From NCBI GenBank assembly GCA_012514745.1, contig JAAYZR010000031.1, positions 1,371 through 65,370 of the forward strand: a stretch of DNA of 64,000 bases, written 5' to 3'. Position 1 is the stretch's first letter; every line of letters begins with the position of its first letter. Under the pieces are notes generated by a model. It did not search any database. It was not told the DNA's origin and saw nothing but the letters and a program-made list of their open reading frames with translations. Shown here in pieces: positions 23,120-31,565 of this stretch. The translations under genes and the position numbers were made by a program. The DNA comes from Candidatus Undivivens industriae. GTDB lineage: Bacteria > Omnitrophota > Gorgyraeia > Gygaellales > Profunditerraquicolaceae.

Positions 23120-24499
23120 TTAAATTTTAAAGGTCAGCGTTACAACGCAGATATTTATGAATGTTTCATATTTCCCGTTTATGTCCGCTCCGCTTAAAGA
23201 GCCGACGTCGTTTTTGACGTTTCTTGCAGCGTAGAACATCGCCGCGTAGGCAATATCTATGCCGACGTTCTCTTTTAACTTTATCCCGGCCCCCAGGGTC
23301 ACGATATTCGATTTGGCGTCCGGTACTGAAGTCTCGAAGTTCACCTGGGGTATGGGGGTTTCATGAAAAATATACCCTGCGCGCAGTTTCAAAATCTCAT
23401 TGACTTTGTATTCCGCCCCTACGGCGTAGGCAAAGGAGGGTTTCCAGTCTCTCGGGGCCGGATTGCCGGCGTTCAGCACGCTTAGGCGGCCGGCATTCGA
23501 CTCCGATGGGTATTCGATCTTTTCTTCCTCTATCGACGACCAATCCATCCATTCTGTGTCGAATTCAAGTTTTAATTTATCATTAGGTTTATAACAATAC
23601 CCGAATACTACGCTTTGCGGCAGAGTGGTCTTGCAGGTGATTTCGGTTTCATAGGAAGAGCCGCCGAAATACGCCGGGGAGGCGTATGCTCCGTTTAAAC
23701 CGTTGAGATATATCTTGCCTTTATATTTAACATCCACCGGGCTGCGGTACATAAAGCCGAAACTATGCTGTTTGTTTGCCTTATATAAAGTGGAAAGCCG
23801 GTATCCCCAGGCGTTCTTATCGCTGCCTTTTAACTGGAGATCGCCGTCCGCGCCGCCCCAGGTTTGTTGGGAAAGCATTCTTTTTTTGTTCACATAGGAG
23901 TTGGTATAATCCGCGGCCAGACCTATGGAGAGGTTGTCGTTTATCTCATAGGCCCCGGTTAACATTACATCGTCGGTTCTGTAGTCGGTTTTAGTGGCCA
24001 CGTATTTGGAAAAGCTGTCTTCAGCCCAGTATGTTCCCAGGCCCCAATATGAGGATTCTCCCGCGCCAAAAGAAAACTTTTCCAGGCCGAAGTCGCTCAC
24101 GACGAAGAAATTGGGGATTATGAAAGTTTGTCTGCGCCTGTTGGTCCGTTCACCGGTAGTGTCGTCTTTGTAGGAACAGAAGGGCTGAATTGCTCCGGCG
24201 CCCAGGGAGACGTATGTTTTTCCTTTTAACTGGGTGAGCCCTGCCGGATTGAAATAAACTGCTGAAGGGTTGTCCGCCTGCGCGGCAAAGGCAAGTCCTT
24301 TGCCCAGGGCTTCGGCGTCAACCGCCTCGAGGCGGTAGGAACCGGAGCCGGCGGCACAGGCATTCTTAAAGGGGATGGTCAAGGTCAGAGCGAGCGAGAA
24401 AATTACTAGAGGCTTCTTGATTTTTCGTTCCTCCTGATTACTCGGGATCTCATAATGCGCTTGATGAATTATTATAATGGATTTATCCGGTTTGTCCAC
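23120..24499 (-). CDS. FadL/TodX (OMPP1) family outer-membrane hydrophobic-compound transporter
   Basis: Beta-barrel with C-terminal aromatic residue and FadL-like length. The signal peptide MKKPLVIFSLALTLTIPFKNACA only appears if translation starts at ATC 24419-24421, which is preceded by AGGAGG. The upstream ATG at 24499 adds a 26-aa non-signal extension. Confidence 0.65.
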   Translation of the reverse strand: MDKPDKSIIIIHQAHYEIPSNQEERKIKKPLVIFSLALTLTIPFKNACAAGSGSYRLEAVDAEALGKGLAFAAQADNPSAVYFNPAGLTQLKGKTYVSLGAGAIQPFCSYKDDTTGERTNRRRQTFIIPNFFVVSDFGLEKFSFGAGESSYWGLGTYWAEDSFSKYVATKTDYRTDDVMLTGAYEINDNLSIGLAADYTNSYVNKKRMLSQQTWGGADGDLQLKGSDKNAWGYRLSTLYKANKQHSFGFMYRSPVDVKYKGKIYLNGLNGAYASPAYFGGSSYETEITCKTTLPQSVVFGYCYKPNDKLKLEFDTEWMDWSSIEEEKIEYPSESNAGRLSVLNAGNPAPRDWKPSFAYAVGAEYKVNEILKLRAGYIFHETPIPQVNFETSVPDAKSNIVTLGAGIKLKENVGIDIAYAAMFYAARNVKNDVGSLSGADINGKYETFINICVVTLTFKI

Positions 24500-24512
24500 A
24501 TTTTCCCTTATT

Positions 24513-24628
24513 CCGGGGACACGATACTTAATTATTGCCGGAAGCGCCGCGTATACTCCGAAAAAAGAAAATTGGGAGTTGAGCGTGCTGCGTGAGTGAG
24601 GGGGTAAGGATCTATGGTATCATTCCCA
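24513..24628. repeat. copy 1 of a 116-bp dispersed repeat (95.7% identical to 50723-50838)
   Basis: Direct comparison shows 5 mismatches over 116 bp. Located in a divergent intergenic region. Confidence 0.9.
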
Positions 24629-24750
24629 GTGTGCACGGAGCAGGAGGATTGATTTTTTTGCGGCGAAATGGTATTATTCATAAAGATATCCTTATCCCGG
24701 ATTCCAAATCGGAGATAAGCAAAACGATAATCGCAACTCGGAGGAAGCGG

Positions 24751-25137
24751 ATGACAAAGCACAGAGTTATGATCATTGATGACGAGATAAATGCCGTTGA
24801 TTTGTTGAAGCACCGCCTGGAGAGCGAAGGTTATCAGGTGCTGGCTTTATTGAATGCCAAGGAGATCATTTCCGAGGTCCATCGTTTCCTGCCCGATATA
24901 ATAATCCTGGATTTGCTGATGCCGGAATTGGGCGGGTTGGATGCCTGCGAAATGTTGAACAAGGATCCCGTCGGCCAAAGCACGCCTATCATCGTGGTGA
25001 GCGGTTTGAATAAAGATATCGACAAGAAAAAGGCTTATGTAATGGGGATACAGGAATACTTCGTAAAACCCGTGGATATTGAGGTCCTGCTGCAGGCGAT
25101 ACGGAAGTATATAAAGGAAAAAGAGGAAGAGGGATAG
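24751..25137 (+). CDS. stand-alone response regulator receiver
   Basis: HRVMIIDDEINAVD...IILDLLMPELGGLD...IIVVSG...FVKP. The longer ORF-track start at 24592 falls inside the repeat and is not supported. Confidence 0.8.
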   Translation: MTKHRVMIIDDEINAVDLLKHRLESEGYQVLALLNAKEIISEVHRFLPDIIILDLLMPELGGLDACEMLNKDPVGQSTPIIVVSGLNKDIDKKKAYVMGIQEYFVKPVDIEVLLQAIRKYIKEKEEEG

Positions 25138-25164
25138 TCGGTATAAAACATGTTTCCCGCGTCT

Positions 25165-25192
25165 GGCCGGGTTCAGCCCGGAGAGCTTCATT
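25165..25192. repeat. CCCGG hairpin-family element (ggccgggttcagcccggagagcttcatt), terminator-like, after the receiver gene
   Basis: Member of the recurring hairpin plus AGCTTCATT tail family. Confidence 0.5.
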
Positions 25193-25324
25193 ATTGTTGA
25201 CTTCGCCGCGCGACGATGTAAAATATCCCCTGGATTATTCTAAGACGGGCAGCTATCGGGAGGAAGGATCTGGATTGTCCGTTCGACCCCCCGGCGCCGG
25301 CACTACTTGCTGATGGAGCGCGTG

Positions 25325-25693
25325 ATGAAGAAGATAAATTGCGATCAATGCAGTAAACCGAGCGCCTGCTGCAGTTTCGGGGCCTGGGTTGACCTGGAAG
25401 AAGCGAAAAGGATTGCCGCCCTGGGTCTGGAAGGCGAGTTTTACCATCTCGAAGTGGATAAGGATTTCCCTTCCGGGTACAGAGTGGGGACGAGTTACGG
25501 CAACAGCCGGTGTTCCTTTCTTACCCCGAGAGGTTTGTGCTCCATTCATATGATAGATTATAAATTCAAGCCTTCCCACTGCAAAGAATTCCCTTATGAG
25601 AACAAGAAACTCTCGCCGTTCGCCAAACATCTTTGCCTTCAGGCCGGGCTTAAGAAGATAACGAAGAGATTATCCCGCGCAGGCAGGCATTAA
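25325..25693 (+). CDS. YkgJ family cysteine-cluster protein (CxxCx5CC; putative Zn/Fe-chelating)
   Basis: CDQCSKPSACCSFGAW...RCSFL...GLCSIH motif arrangement typical of the YkgJ/UPF0153 family. Confidence 0.55.
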   Translation: MKKINCDQCSKPSACCSFGAWVDLEEAKRIAALGLEGEFYHLEVDKDFPSGYRVGTSYGNSRCSFLTPRGLCSIHMIDYKFKPSHCKEFPYENKKLSPFAKHLCLQAGLKKITKRLSRAGRH

Positions 25694-25699
25694 TCCGTC

Positions 25700-26410
25700 A
25701 TGAATCTTATCTCTTACGGCTTCCAGGACTCCAACCTTCTGCGGCATATGCCGCGTTTCGACGAGATATCTTACGCCGGCCACAATGAGGACAAGGTCCG
25801 TCTTTACAAAGCCCTTCACGAAGGACAGCCTTGCAGTATTCTTTCGCTGAATTTCATTCGCGGAGATGAGAAGATCCTCTGGGACGCGATAGAGGATTTC
25901 GTGAAACGCGGCACGGCGAACGCCGCTTCCTCTGCCCGCGGCATATATATTTTCGACCTGCTTACCATAGATATACACAGGGAGATCAAGACTTTTAATC
26001 ACGCCGAGCTTTCTGCCGTGATCGTCAACATCGCTCGGAAGATGTCTCCCGGAGAGATGAAGATGGTCAAATATTCCTCTCTCTACGCGCTGCTGAGAAA
26101 AACCGCCGACTACGACTGGGGAAAGATTACTTTCAAAAGCGCGGTCAACGTGTTCAAGGATAAACCGCAGTATCTGGACCTGCTCATCAAGCAGCTTTTA
26201 AAAGATTATATATTCCCCCGAGAGCCGGTTATACTTCTGCTGAACGACATCAGCCAGAATGCGGTATTCGACCCCGGGAATGCGGCTCAACAGGAGAGGC
26301 TGAAAAAGGTGATAGCCGGTCTTGTCCCGAATTCGATGGAGTTTGTCCCGGAGGTCTATATACAGGATAAGAACGGGGCAAGAGAACTTCTTTCAGGGTG
26401 CAGTCTATGA
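25700..26410 (+). CDS. hypothetical protein (no recognisable domain)
   Basis: Clean 236-aa ORF with codon usage like its neighbours. ATGA-coupled to the downstream S4 gene. Confidence 0.5.
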   Translation: MNLISYGFQDSNLLRHMPRFDEISYAGHNEDKVRLYKALHEGQPCSILSLNFIRGDEKILWDAIEDFVKRGTANAASSARGIYIFDLLTIDIHREIKTFNHAELSAVIVNIARKMSPGEMKMVKYSSLYALLRKTADYDWGKITFKSAVNVFKDKPQYLDLLIKQLLKDYIFPREPVILLLNDISQNAVFDPGNAAQQERLKKVIAGLVPNSMEFVPEVYIQDKNGARELLSGCSL

Positions 26411-26631
26411 CGGCAATGGGAGGCCCGGTGGATCTCGCGCTTAAGGGTGAATACATCGAGCTGGACAATCTCTTGAAGAACGCCGGTATCGCCTCAAGCG
26501 GCGGCGAGGCCGGGCAGTTTATCCGCTCCGGCTCGGTGAAAGTCAACGGAGAAACGGAAACGCGCGTCCGCCGCAAACTGCGCCGGGGTGACAGCGTGGA
26601 GTCAGGCGGCCTGCGGATAAATATCGTATAG
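26407..26631 (+). CDS. S4-domain RNA-binding protein (YbcJ-like, ribosome-associated)
   Basis: GEYIELDNLLKNAGIASSGGEAGQFIRSGSVKVNGETETRVRRKLRRGDSVE. Confidence 0.7.
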   Translation: MTAMGGPVDLALKGEYIELDNLLKNAGIASSGGEAGQFIRSGSVKVNGETETRVRRKLRRGDSVESGGLRINIV

Positions 26632-26782
26632 CATCCGCGCCTTTATCATTACCGCTCTTATCAAAACGAGCAGGAGGATGCGCGGGCGTAACCGGGAAAT
26701 TGCGGAAGAATAGTTACCAAAATGGGGTTTTTTTTACTTGTAATAGTGTAAGGCACATCGGCGTGTAGGAAACAAACATAGG

Positions 26783-26831
26783 CGTTCTGCAGACAGAACG
26801 TCGTTTTTTTACAGACGCGGGCGTCTTTTTA
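26783..26831 (+). terminator. two consecutive hairpin plus U-run structures (cgttctg-caga-cagaacg-T8; agacgc-ggg-gcgtct-T5) in the amtB upstream region
   Basis: Perfect stems followed by T-runs, 50-100 nt before the amtB start. Confidence 0.5.
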
Positions 26832-26878
26832 ATCCAGGGTGGATTATAAAGGCGCTTTTTTATTTTAAAGGAGGGAGT

Positions 26879-28237
26879 ATGCGAAAAATCGTTTTACTGT
26901 TATTGGCGGCAATACTGGGGGAGACTGCTTTGTGTTTTGCCCAGGACCCGGCCGGCGCGGCCACTCTGGCGGCCAATGCTTCCGCGCCGATCGATTATGT
27001 CTGGGTGCTTGTTTGCGGTTTTCTTGTTTTTTTCATGCAGGCGGGTTTTGCCATGGTGGAAGCCGGTTTTTGCCGCGCGAAGAACGCCACCAACCTGATG
27101 GCCAAGAACACCATAGATTTCGTCGTGGCGTCTTTGGTCTTCATGGCTTTCGGTTTCGCTTTTATGATGGGAACGGATTTCAAAGGATTGATAGGTATAT
27201 CTGGCTGGTTCCTGCGCGGAGAAAACTATGACGTGGGCAGGTACTTGTTGTTTTTCTGGCAGTTGGTTTTTGCCGGCACAGCCGCTACTATCGTCTCCGG
27301 GGCGGTCGCGGAAAGGCTCAAATTCAAAGCTTATTTCCTTTACAGCCTTGCGGTCACCGCTATTATTTATCCTATATACGGGCATTGGGTCTGGGGAGGC
27401 GGCTGGCTTTCCAAACTTTCTTTTGGAGCCGGGCATGTTGATTTCGCCGGTTCAGGAGTGGTGCATACCATAGGGGGTTTCGTGGGATTGGCCGGCGCAA
27501 TAGCGCTTGGTCCGCGTTTCGGCAAGTTCGGCAAGGACGGTAAGCCTAAAGCGATCCCCGGGCACAGCATTGTCCTGGCCGCGCTGGGGACTTTCATTCT
27601 CTGGTTCGGGTGGTTCGGTTTTAACCCCGGTTCCACTTTTTCAGCACACCAGTTGAGGATAGCGGTAATCGCGGTGAACACCAACCTGGCTGCGGCCGCG
27701 GGCGCGGCGGTGGCGATACTGCTGGTTTTCGCAAAAACCGGGAAATGGGATGTCGGCATGATGTTAAACGGTTGTCTCGCCGGCCTGGTGGCGATAACCG
27801 CTCCCTGCGCCTGGGTCGAGGCATGGGCGGCCGTGGTTATCGGGGCGGTAGCCGGATTGCTCGTTATTTTGAGCGTTTATTTCTGGGAGAACATCGGGGT
27901 CGATGACCCGGTAGGCGCGGTGAGCGTTCACGGCATAAACGGCATCTGGGGGCTTTTGAGCGTCGGACTCTTCGCCGACGGCACTTACGGCCTTTGCACC
28001 AGCGAAGCGCCCTTGATCAGAGGGCTTTTCTACGGCGGCGGCGCCGGACAATTGGCCGCCCAGGCGATAGGGGCGGCGGTCTGCGCCTGCTGGGCGTTCG
28101 GACTCGGTTTCATAGTATTCAAACTTATGGATAAATACTTCGGCATCAGGGTATCTCCTCATGAGGAGATTAAAGGCCTTGACTTGCAGGAACACGGCAC
28201 GCCTGCATACCCGAATTTTTACACCTTCAACAACTAA
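26879..28237 (+). CDS. amtB: ammonium transporter AmtB with signal peptide
   Basis: 11 TM helices. Amt signature (DFAGSGVVH...GFNPGS). Cleavable leader MRKIVLLLLAAILGETALCFA. Confidence 0.9.
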   Translation: MRKIVLLLLAAILGETALCFAQDPAGAATLAANASAPIDYVWVLVCGFLVFFMQAGFAMVEAGFCRAKNATNLMAKNTIDFVVASLVFMAFGFAFMMGTDFKGLIGISGWFLRGENYDVGRYLLFFWQLVFAGTAATIVSGAVAERLKFKAYFLYSLAVTAIIYPIYGHWVWGGGWLSKLSFGAGHVDFAGSGVVHTIGGFVGLAGAIALGPRFGKFGKDGKPKAIPGHSIVLAALGTFILWFGWFGFNPGSTFSAHQLRIAVIAVNTNLAAAAGAAVAILLVFAKTGKWDVGMMLNGCLAGLVAITAPCAWVEAWAAVVIGAVAGLLVILSVYFWENIGVDDPVGAVSVHGINGIWGLLSVGLFADGTYGLCTSEAPLIRGLFYGGGAGQLAAQAIGAAVCACWAFGLGFIVFKLMDKYFGIRVSPHEEIKGLDLQEHGTPAYPNFYTFNN

Positions 28238-28292
28238 AATGTTATTCGCCCCCTCCCTCGGCGTGGGGACCCCATAAGGAGGATATGACAAG

Positions 28293-28631
28293 ATGAAAAA
28301 AATAGAAGCTGTAATAAGAGTAGAGAAGCTGGATGAGATGACGGAGGCCCTTGAAAAATGCGGCTGTCCGGGCATGATGGTAACTCATATCGAAGGGCAC
28401 GGCCGCCAGAAAGGGATAATAGAGCAGTTCAGAGGCAGGGAATTCAAACTCAATTTCATTCCCAAGGTGAAGATAGAGATAGTGCTTAAGGACTCGCAGG
28501 TGGATAGTGTCCTGAAATTGATTACCGGTATAGCCAGGACCGGAGAGATCGGCGACGGGAAGATATTTGTCTGTCCCGTCGAAGACGTGGTCAGGATACG
28601 CACCGCGGAGAAAGGCGAGAGCGCGATCTAA
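28293..28631 (+). CDS. glnK: nitrogen regulatory protein P-II
   Basis: MKKIEAVIR...T-loop GHGRQKG...B-loop TGEIGDGKIFV. Linked to amtB. Confidence 0.9.
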   Translation: MKKIEAVIRVEKLDEMTEALEKCGCPGMMVTHIEGHGRQKGIIEQFRGREFKLNFIPKVKIEIVLKDSQVDSVLKLITGIARTGEIGDGKIFVCPVEDVVRIRTAEKGESAI

Positions 28632-28684
28632 ACCTGATATCCTGCGCGGGGCAGCGGACCGCGCGCGGCGTAGTAACCGGACAG

Positions 28685-28709
28685 AGGCGTCTCTTAAGGG
28701 ACGCCTTTT
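28685..28709 (+). terminator. intrinsic terminator after glnK (gaggcgtc-loop-gacgcctttt)
   Basis: 7-bp GC stem plus T-run. Confidence 0.55.
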
Positions 28710-28790
28710 CCGTATAAAGCAGGCGCGCCCAGCCCGGCGCGCGTTCAGAATCCCCGCTTGTTCCTTCCGCGGGCAGGAGTCTATTTTTTC

Positions 28791-28818
28791 TTGTCCTTCC
28801 CCCATAAAAGTCTATAAT
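28791..28818 (+). promoter_or_regulatory. sigma70-like promoter (TTGTCC-16-TATAAT) upstream of the DUF362 gene
   Basis: Hexamer match and spacing. Confidence 0.4.
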
Positions 28819-28889
28819 AAAATCCGGATTAGCGTCCGCGCGTAGAACCGGGGATATCCCGCCGGAAAGGAAAGGATAAGGAAAGGATT

Positions 28890-29951
28890 ATGAAAAGCGA
28901 CGTCTATTTTGTCAGGCTGGATTCCACAGATATTGAAATGCGGGTGGAAGCATTGAACAAGCTTCTGAAGGCCGTGGATCCTTTGGTAGTTTACGCCCCA
29001 AACGAGATGGTCCCGGTTAAGCTTACGGTGGGTGATTATATGTCGGCTCATCATCTCGATCCTGAACTTGCGAAACAGGCGGCCGGCTGGCTGAAGGGAA
29101 AGAAGACCAGGCCGTTCCTTTTCGATACCTCCGTGATTTACAACGGGCAGAGACAGAACGCGGTGGACCATATGAACCTGGCGCAAAGCAAAGGTTTCGG
29201 TCATGACAACACCGGGGTCCCGTTCATCGTCGCCGATGGAGTGCTGGGCCAGGACGGCCGGGAGTATTCCGTCGGTTCTCCGGAGATAAAACATATAAAA
29301 GTCCCGTCTTTCGTCGGGATGCTGGACAGCCTGCTGGTGCTTTCTCATCCCACCGGGCACGTCGTCACCCAGTACGCCGGCGCGCTGAAGAATGTGGCGA
29401 TGGGGATGGTCTGCCGGCCCACCAAGCAGGTGCAGCATTCTTCTCTTAAACCGGCGGTGATAGCAAAAAAATGCACCGGCTGCGGGTGCTGCGAAAGGAT
29501 ATGCCCGGCGGGGGCGGTATCCTTCAGGGAGGGAAAAGCCTTCATCGACAAGGAGCGTTGTCTCGGCTGCGGCGAATGTCTCTGCGCCTGTAAATTCGGC
29601 GCAATTTTCATCAACTGGGAAGAGGAGCCGTTAGTTCTCTGCAGGCGCATGGTGCACGTGGCGAAATTCATCCTTTCCCGTTTCAAGAACGTTTTCTTCA
29701 TCAATTTCGCTTTCGGCGTCACCCGGGACTGCGACTGTATCTCCGATAAGGACGACGTTATGTTGGCCGGAGATATCGGTATCCTGGCCTCGCGGGACAT
29801 CGTGAGCGTGGACAAGGCGACGCTGGACCAGATCGCCGCGCACAAGAAAGCGGCTCTGCCGGGCAGACGCGGAGAATTGGCTTTGCGGGTGTTAGAGTTC
29901 GCCGCGGAGAACGGGCTGGGTAATCCGGAATATAATCTCATAGAATTATGA
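28890..29951 (+). CDS. DUF362 domain protein with inserted 2x[4Fe-4S] ferredoxin domain
   Basis: CTGCGCCERICP and CLGCGECLCACKF ferredoxin motifs embedded in a DUF362-like scaffold. Confidence 0.6.
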   Translation: MKSDVYFVRLDSTDIEMRVEALNKLLKAVDPLVVYAPNEMVPVKLTVGDYMSAHHLDPELAKQAAGWLKGKKTRPFLFDTSVIYNGQRQNAVDHMNLAQSKGFGHDNTGVPFIVADGVLGQDGREYSVGSPEIKHIKVPSFVGMLDSLLVLSHPTGHVVTQYAGALKNVAMGMVCRPTKQVQHSSLKPAVIAKKCTGCGCCERICPAGAVSFREGKAFIDKERCLGCGECLCACKFGAIFINWEEEPLVLCRRMVHVAKFILSRFKNVFFINFAFGVTRDCDCISDKDDVMLAGDIGILASRDIVSVDKATLDQIAAHKKAALPGRRGELALRVLEFAAENGLGNPEYNLIEL

Positions 29952-30011
29952 ACCTGATTCCTTGATCCCGGGGACACAATTATCGCAACCGATAAACGAT
30001 AGACGAATCCT

Positions 30012-31565
30012 ATGATTGTGAAGCGGACTATTTTGTTTTATTTTTTACTTATACTATCGGCCGGGTTGGCATTACGCCTGCACGGTTTCTTTGAACGTTC
30101 TCTGGGAACGGACGAATCCATAAGCCTTTTTCTTGCCTCCGGGCACGGTATGGATGTCAAAGCCTTCACCGAAAAGGCATCGGCGGCAGGCAACGGTTTC
30201 CATTGTGCGGCAAAGGACCTTAAACGTTTCTTCAGGGCGGACCGCGCGCTTTCTTTCGGAGAGTATACCGGCAGTCTGGCGCGGCTTGACCCGCATCCGC
30301 CGCTGTATCTTTGGTTTGTGTTTTTCTTGATGCGTTTTTTCTCGGACAGCCTGGCGGCGGTCAGGGTTTTTTCGCTGTTGATGGGGCTTCTCTCCGTGTA
30401 TCTGGCGTATCTCCTGGCAAAGGAACTCTTCGATGAGCGGGCCGGGATCTTCGCGGCCGCCTTCTTGAGCGTCTCCGCGCTGGCGGTGCGCTATTCCCAG
30501 GAAGCGCGCTCCTATAGTTTGGTCCTTGCGCTGGGGCTGCTCGCCTGGCTCTTCCTGGCGCGGTTCGAAAAACGCGGCAAACTACCGGACGCCTTGTTTT
30601 TTGCCGTCTTCAACTGCCTGGGTATTTACGCGCATTATTTCTTCGTTTTTCCGGCCTTCGCGTTTTTCGTTTATTTTACCCTGATGCACAGGGAACACAG
30701 CCGTCTGCTGGATGGATTCTACGCGGCGTTACTTTTTTCTTTGTTGTGGCTGCTTCCCTGGGCTTTGTTCATGCTGGGCCGCGGTTACCGTTTCGACCTG
30801 GTGGAATGGATCTTCGCCTACCCGGGGATGATCGATAAGATAACCGGTTTTCTCGGCGGGATGGGAAAGCTTCTTTTTATTTTTCCCTCTTCATCCGTTC
30901 TCCTGGCCGCGGGTTCGCTGCTTTTCTTGTTGTTGATGTTTTACTCCGGGAAAAGGCTTTTGAAGGAATTCCCCCGGCAGTTATTTTTCTGCGTCTGCGT
31001 GTTATTCATTCCCTTGCTGGCAATGCTGGCGTTAGATCTTCTGCAGGGCGGGCTGATGCTCAGGCAGGAGCGTTTCTGGATTTTTCCCTTGCTGGGGATG
31101 ATTCCGTTTGCCGGATATTCTTTCAGCCGTCTTTTCCGGGATAAACGACCCGTCGTTTATTGCCTGTTCGCCTTGATGTTTCTTTCCTCCTTATTGACGG
31201 CCGGCAGGCAGATAGGCCCGGCGCCCCGGGCGTTGTCGGAATGGATTAACGGCGAGTCTAAAGGGAAGACGGCCGCGGTGATAGTCTATAACTTCAGGAC
31301 GGTAACCATGCCGCAGTCGTTTTACCTGGACGACGATATCCTGTTATTCCCGGTCTCCAACGCCGAGCAGTTCACGGCGGCGCTGGAGGCCGCAGTGGGC
31401 CCGGCGGACAATGTTTTCGTGGTCAGGCATCTTCATCACGCAGATCCCGCTTTGATGGACGAGCCGTTCATGCGCTCGGAGGTCAAAGAGCCCGGCCTGC
31501 GGCTCAAAAGCAGGTTCTTCAGGGATAATATCGGCGCGGTTGAATACGTGAAAGGGCAGGGGTGA
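30012..31565 (+). CDS. GT39/GT83-like (ArnT/PMT family) polytopic glycosyltransferase
   Basis: About 13 TM helices with an N-terminal D-E-containing loop. Overlaps the downstream polyprenol-phosphate GT2 by 4 nt. Confidence 0.6.
   Translation: MIVKRTILFYFLLILSAGLALRLHGFFERSLGTDESISLFLASGHGMDVKAFTEKASAAGNGFHCAAKDLKRFFRADRALSFGEYTGSLARLDPHPPLYLWFVFFLMRFFSDSLAAVRVFSLLMGLLSVYLAYLLAKELFDERAGIFAAAFLSVSALAVRYSQEARSYSLVLALGLLAWLFLARFEKRGKLPDALFFAVFNCLGIYAHYFFVFPAFAFFVYFTLMHREHSRLLDGFYAALLFSLLWLLPWALFMLGRGYRFDLVEWIFAYPGMIDKITGFLGGMGKLLFIFPSSSVLLAAGSLLFLLLMFYSGKRLLKEFPRQLFFCVCVLFIPLLAMLALDLLQGGLMLRQERFWIFPLLGMIPFAGYSFSRLFRDKRPVVYCLFALMFLSSLLTAGRQIGPAPRALSEWINGESKGKTAAVIVYNFRTVTMPQSFYLDDDILLFPVSNAEQFTAALEAAVGPADNVFVVRHLHHADPALMDEPFMRSEVKEPGLRLKSRFFRDNIGAVEYVKGQG

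Noticed and set aside
24592-24750. Extended N-terminus (MSEGVRIYGIIPSVHGAG...) of the receiver gene given in the ORF track
   Set aside because: The extension begins inside the 116-bp dispersed repeat and adds non-receiver sequence. The conserved receiver fold starts at MTKHRVMIIDDE (24751).
27764-28805. Minus-strand ORFs (203 and 187 aa) overlapping amtB and glnK
   Set aside because: Antisense to two highly conserved genes, with low-complexity Arg/Ala-rich translations. Shadow ORFs.
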